Shown here piece after piece: positions 59,796 through 64,000 of a stretch of 64,000 nucleotides of DNA. This DNA comes from Podarcis erhardii. Lineage: Eukaryota. A model generated the notes under the pieces. The model was not told the origin of the DNA. It ran no database searches and saw nothing but the letters and a program-made list of their open reading frames with translations. Position 1 is the stretch's first letter; every line of letters starts with the position of its first letter. A program made the position numbers and the translations under genes. Where the stretch lies: the NCBI GenBank assembly GCA_964252035.1, contig OZ176200.1; one strand, written 5' to 3'.

Positions 59796-60597
59796 CTTTG
59801 CTTTCCTTCTCTTGGGTTTCTGGGCTGGAAACGGAGGCTTCAGCCAGGCAGCTCCTGTCGTCTTGCAGCGTGGACTTAGACTCGGGACTTTCCACTTGAG
59901 AGACTTTGGCAGAGTTGTCTGAATGGTGGCTGCTGGTGCTGCTGCTGGTGTTGGTGGCGGCGGCGGTGGCGGCGCTGCTGCTGTTGGGGTTTTCATTCAT
60001 TTTCTTCTCCATCGGAAGTTGCGAAGCTATCTGCGGTTTGGAAGCGCCGCGAGGGTTTAACTGCAACATGACAGTTGAACTCGTTTCGGGGCTGTTATGG
60101 TACTCTTGGGTTTTCCCAGTGGCGTAGGTCTGGCTGAGCCTGAAATATCCTGGGACGGGGACCTCGGGGTTTTCAATGGAGCACGAGTCAGAGACCAGCC
60201 TCTGGTATGAAGGGACGTCGGACGAAGACACCAGCTTGGAGCGCTTATCGGAATACATGCAGCAATTGGTTTCTTCCTTAATATTTGTCGTGAAGGAGCA
60301 GGTGGGGACCTGCTGAGTAACAGGTTGCTCTATTCGGCAGGACCTGTTCGGATCAGTCCAGTTGTCTACTTGAGGTATATAAGGGTGTACATTCATACCC
60401 ATATTTTGGTGGTTGACTTCTCTCTTGGCCAGAGACGGTAGAAGTCCACAGGTTTGCATCCCATAAGTCCCAATGTCTGTGCTAGGTGGCATGTACATAC
60501 TGGCGCTGTTGGAATAGAAACTATCGCTCCTGCAGGCACTGATCAAGGAATCGACTAGGAAAGTGTTGGCGGCAGGAGAGCTGTTGGGAAAGGACAT
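59796..60597 (-). CDS. HOXD10: Homeobox protein Hox-D10, coding exon 1 (join 60597-59796 + 58214-57937, 359 aa)
   Basis: [29 protein letters not shown] start and [14 protein letters not shown] motif. Donor AAAG|GT at 59796/59795. Confidence 0.97.
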
Positions 60598-60693
60598 TTT
60601 GGGGAGGAATTTGAAGAAGAGAGATTGTGTCCTTTGTAGGCTGACATCTCTACGAAAACATTCCCTGTGTAATTGTGGATGCCTCTGCACAAC

Positions 60694-60760
60694 CACATGA
60701 CAGCTAAGCCAATGAGATTTGAAAATGGCCTTGAGCCGCTACCTCCCCGCCGGTCACGTG
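60694..60760 (-). promoter_or_regulatory. Hoxd10 proximal promoter (E-boxes, CCAAT, YY1-like)
   Basis: CACATGAC at 60694-60701, CCAAT at 60709-60713, AAAATGGC at 60722-60729 and GTCACGTG at 60753-60760. Confidence 0.65.
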
Positions 60761-63700
60761 CTCCGCGGGACACTCCGGGCTGCGGCGCAAAGGTGGTCAA
60801 CAGCGACATCTAGAACGTCGAGGAGAAAGTGCGCGCGCTCCTCCAAGCCAGGGAGCTCCAGCGGCGGCGGCGGCGGCGGCAGCAGCAATATTAGTAGCAA
60901 CCTTTTTCTTTTCTTTTTTTTTTTGTCCTTTTGCAAAGCCAGCCCTGGCGCACTGCGCTGATTTAAAACAAGGAGATGCGTTGAACTGATCTGACCCCCC
61001 CATACCCCCCCATCTCGCAACTCTTTGGTTGTTGCTGCTGGGTTGTTGTTTTGTTTTGTGTTTTTTAACACCACAAAGGAGTTACTGTCCGAATTCAGGC
61101 TGATCCTGAGCCATGCGCCTTTGCTCCAGTATCAATATATATATATATATACATATATATGAGACAGGTACTTCAGGAAAATCCCTGGCTGGCTTCAACA
61201 GAGGCAAGAGGGGTGGGAGATGGACGCAGAGGCGCGCGCAGACACACAGAGAGATGGAGGGAGTGGGAAGGGGAGACGCATGCAATCCTACAAGGCGAAA
61301 TATGTGGGTCTTCTTCTCATTCACCCCACCTGTGAATAGTAATGGTGATGATAATATTGATAAAAGTGGTTTTCCCCATCTCCAGTCCTCATGGTTGCCC
61401 AACATCTCCTTCAAGTTACATGAATTGGCGGCAACTGACGTCCTCAGAAGAGACGTCCCTAAGTCTCAGCCCTGGAAAACACATCCTTCTCTTCTCCACT
61501 ACTTCCTCCTTTCACTTCATAATCAAACACTTTCTAAAACAAAAGCCACAACATATAATAAAGGTCCCAAAAAAGTTGTGTGTGTGTTGTTTGTTTTTTG
61601 AGGGTGGACAGCTGACTATGTCTGAAGTGTAGGCGATCTCCCAACGTGTCATAATTTGGGGAAGATACAAAGGGGTGGTGGTAGCGGTGGAAATAATGTT
61701 ACCTTTTATGGATTTTGTAAAAGCATTGGTTCCTGACAAGTGCAAGGTACAAAAGGTTGTGGAATTTATTAATACAGATTAAGAAGAATCAGAGCGATCA
61801 ATAAAATTCTCATCTACATTCTTGAGCCACTTGGTAATTTTCTTGCTTCTGAAGCTTTTTCAAGAGTTATACCCTCTGTTGCCACACACGGGAAGATATT
61901 TTATTAACAAATCAATCGAGACTTTGTAAAGGATAAGATTAATAGTTAAGATTTAGCATAATGGTGTTCGCGTTATGAATTATTGAAAATTATACTATTG
62001 ATTTTTCCTCTTCGCTGCTAACCAAGAAGGTCAATTTTTGTTTTAATACAAATCGTCAAATATTAAAAGCTAGAAAAAAAAATTTGGTCATAAGTTTGGT
62101 TTTATAGCTCCAGCAGATTCCTAAAATAAAATAATTAATAAATAAGATGAGGGTCCTTTTCTCATAGTACATATGTGAAGAAATTCTCTTTGCCCACGAA
62201 AATGGCACCAGAGAAAAGGTAAAGTTTTCGTAGACGATGTTGCTGAACTTCACACAACCCCCCCCCCCCCATATGCACTCAGAACGCGGTAGCCCGCATC
62301 CCACAACGGAATCTGCTGGCTTCTTACATTATTTCATTACCCAACTTCATATCTATTAAAAAGGGCGATAATAAACACCTGAGTCCACCCCTCCCTAGTT
62401 CTTGACCACAGGAATCGTGGGCAACTCTACCTATGGAGAAATTTGGACGCTTCTTTCAAAATAGATTTCCCCACTTCGATGTTCATCCTTTCTTTTCCTT
62501 GTATTTATACCCGCATCACTCCCTTTTCCTGAAACACAAGGGGACACATATCCTTGAAATTAAGGACTGTTCTCCCCCCCTCTCACCTTCGGGACTTTAA
62601 AAACATTCATATTTTCCCTCTCCTCCCCACATGTTTGGCAGTGTGTTTTTACTCCAAAGGTGTCTCTTTATTCATAAAATGTCACACGCCGCACGCCACA
62701 CAGGAACCATCTACTTGAGGTTAAATGTTGCCTTGAGTCCATCTATTTATTCCAGGCCTTGAGCTCATCCCTATCAGCAAACCTTCCTTCTCTCCTTTGA
62801 AATAAGAACCTCGGGGAAACCAAAACAGACCCTTTGAAATGGCACCCACGGCCTCTCCAATGACTGCAAGAAGCTTAATTTTCCGTCCTGGTTTTTTCAC
62901 CCTTATGTCTTTGGCACTTTGGGGGGGGGTTGCTTCACTTTCCCCCCTCTTCTTCTTCTTCTTCCTCCCCTATCCATTTGCCGAAACCAACCCCCTCACC
63001 CCAGTTTGAAATCTCGCTGTGGCAATGAGACAGACCCTTTTTGAAAAAGCTTATCGCAGCTGTTCAAATACAACATCATTGTCAGGTTAAGAGCCGGTGG
63101 GTTTTACGGCTCCAGCCGCCTCTCTTCTCTCCCTCTGTCTCGCTCTCGCTCTCTATGGCTTCTGTGTTTGCCGGGGAGTCTCCAGCTTACCTTCGTCAAA
63201 TAAGCTACATTCCACCATCACCACCCCAGATAAACATTTTCTCTCTTTCTTCATGGACCCCTTTAAATTGCGAGTCCATAAGCCATGCCCTTGTCCTGGA
63301 TAGGGGCTTAGAAATAAGGGACACAGCACCGCAAGGAAACGGTGGTGGTCCCAGTGTAGGAGAGAGGATTTTTGTCCCCCCCCTCCTTTTCTCCAATTTG
63401 AGATCATTATCAGAGCCATTGCTAAGATTTTGTCTGAGCTGGGGAACAAACAAAAGTGGAGGTCACGATGCTCCCTCTTTGGGGGCCGGCTTTTTATGTG
63501 CTTTCCAGCAATTTCCCTTCCTCCCCCCCCCTCTCTTTCCCTCTCCCCTCAAAACAAGACGCCAGACAACCCACCGAGTTTAAAGCAACCCAATACTATT
63601 TTCTGGTCTGCATTTTAAGACTTGACTGTGAAATCTAATCAGGTTTTTTGAAAATAATAATAATAATAACAATCCCCCTTCAAACGGCCTTCCGTAATTC

Positions 63701-63924
63701 TTATTTACACTTTAAGAAGTGCCCTAGAAATCTCCCAATGGCCACATCCTCTTTATTTTATTTTATTTTATTTTGGCTATATGTTGCCCAGTTGTAACAT
63801 TAAAGCAAGCCAGACTTTCCCCCCCTGTTTTCCATCTCAGGGGTGTGTGTTGTTTAATGAACTGACTCCGAGTCCTCCCTTTAGAGTTAGGACATTTCGC
63901 TAGATTTGAGGCGCAAGATACTAA

Positions 63925-63943
63925 TGCCGCCATCTAATGACCT
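63925..63943 (-). promoter_or_regulatory. Candidate CTCF motif (Hoxd10-Hoxd11 spacer)
   Basis: Minus strand GGTCATTAGATGGCGGCA, about two mismatches to the core. Confidence 0.55.
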
Positions 63944-64000
63944 CCAATTATTTTGTTAGATAAACCATGTGTACGGTTAAGGCTCTCCAGTTCTGAAGCA

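Noticed and set aside
60697-60809. Extending HOXD10 upstream to the GTG at 60696 or the longer ORF-track starts
   Set aside because: These are non-ATG starts inside the promoter cassette; the conserved MSFPNS start at 60597 has good context.

Overview
This window is the central part of a vertebrate HoxD cluster, with all genes on the minus strand. From low to high coordinates it holds the Hoxd3-Hoxd4 intergenic/5' region (Hoxd3 coding exons lie outside the window), Hoxd4 (CDS 13506-14795), mir-10b (~16050-16155), a ~27 kb Hoxd4-Hoxd8 spacer with no Hoxd5/6/7 coding sequence, Hoxd8 (41875-43734), Hoxd9 (51751-53369), Hoxd10 (57937-60597) and the start of the Hoxd10-Hoxd11 spacer. Each gene has two coding exons with GT-AG introns I could place to the base. 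The cluster carries many transposon relics (hAT and Tc1/mariner MITEs, tRNA-derived SINEs, CR1 and L2-like tails, and about 17 copies of a short palindromic element), which points to a squamate, probably a lacertid lizard (inference). Recognisable regulatory sites are the 5' and 3' DR5 retinoic-acid elements of Hoxd4, the Hox4 intron HB1 element, E-box/CCAAT promoter cassettes, CTCF motifs and the miR-10 site in the Hoxd10 3' UTR. There are three small N gaps. I found no new protein-coding system. The best leads are two orphan Hox-type promoter cassettes where Hoxd5 and Hoxd6/7 were lost, an out-of-frame uORF overlapping the Hoxd10 start, extra DR1/DR2 nuclear-receptor motifs around Hoxd4, and a transposon load that drops sharply from Hoxd8 onward. 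Comparisons with human or mouse sequences are from memory and need alignment; repeat boundaries are approximate.
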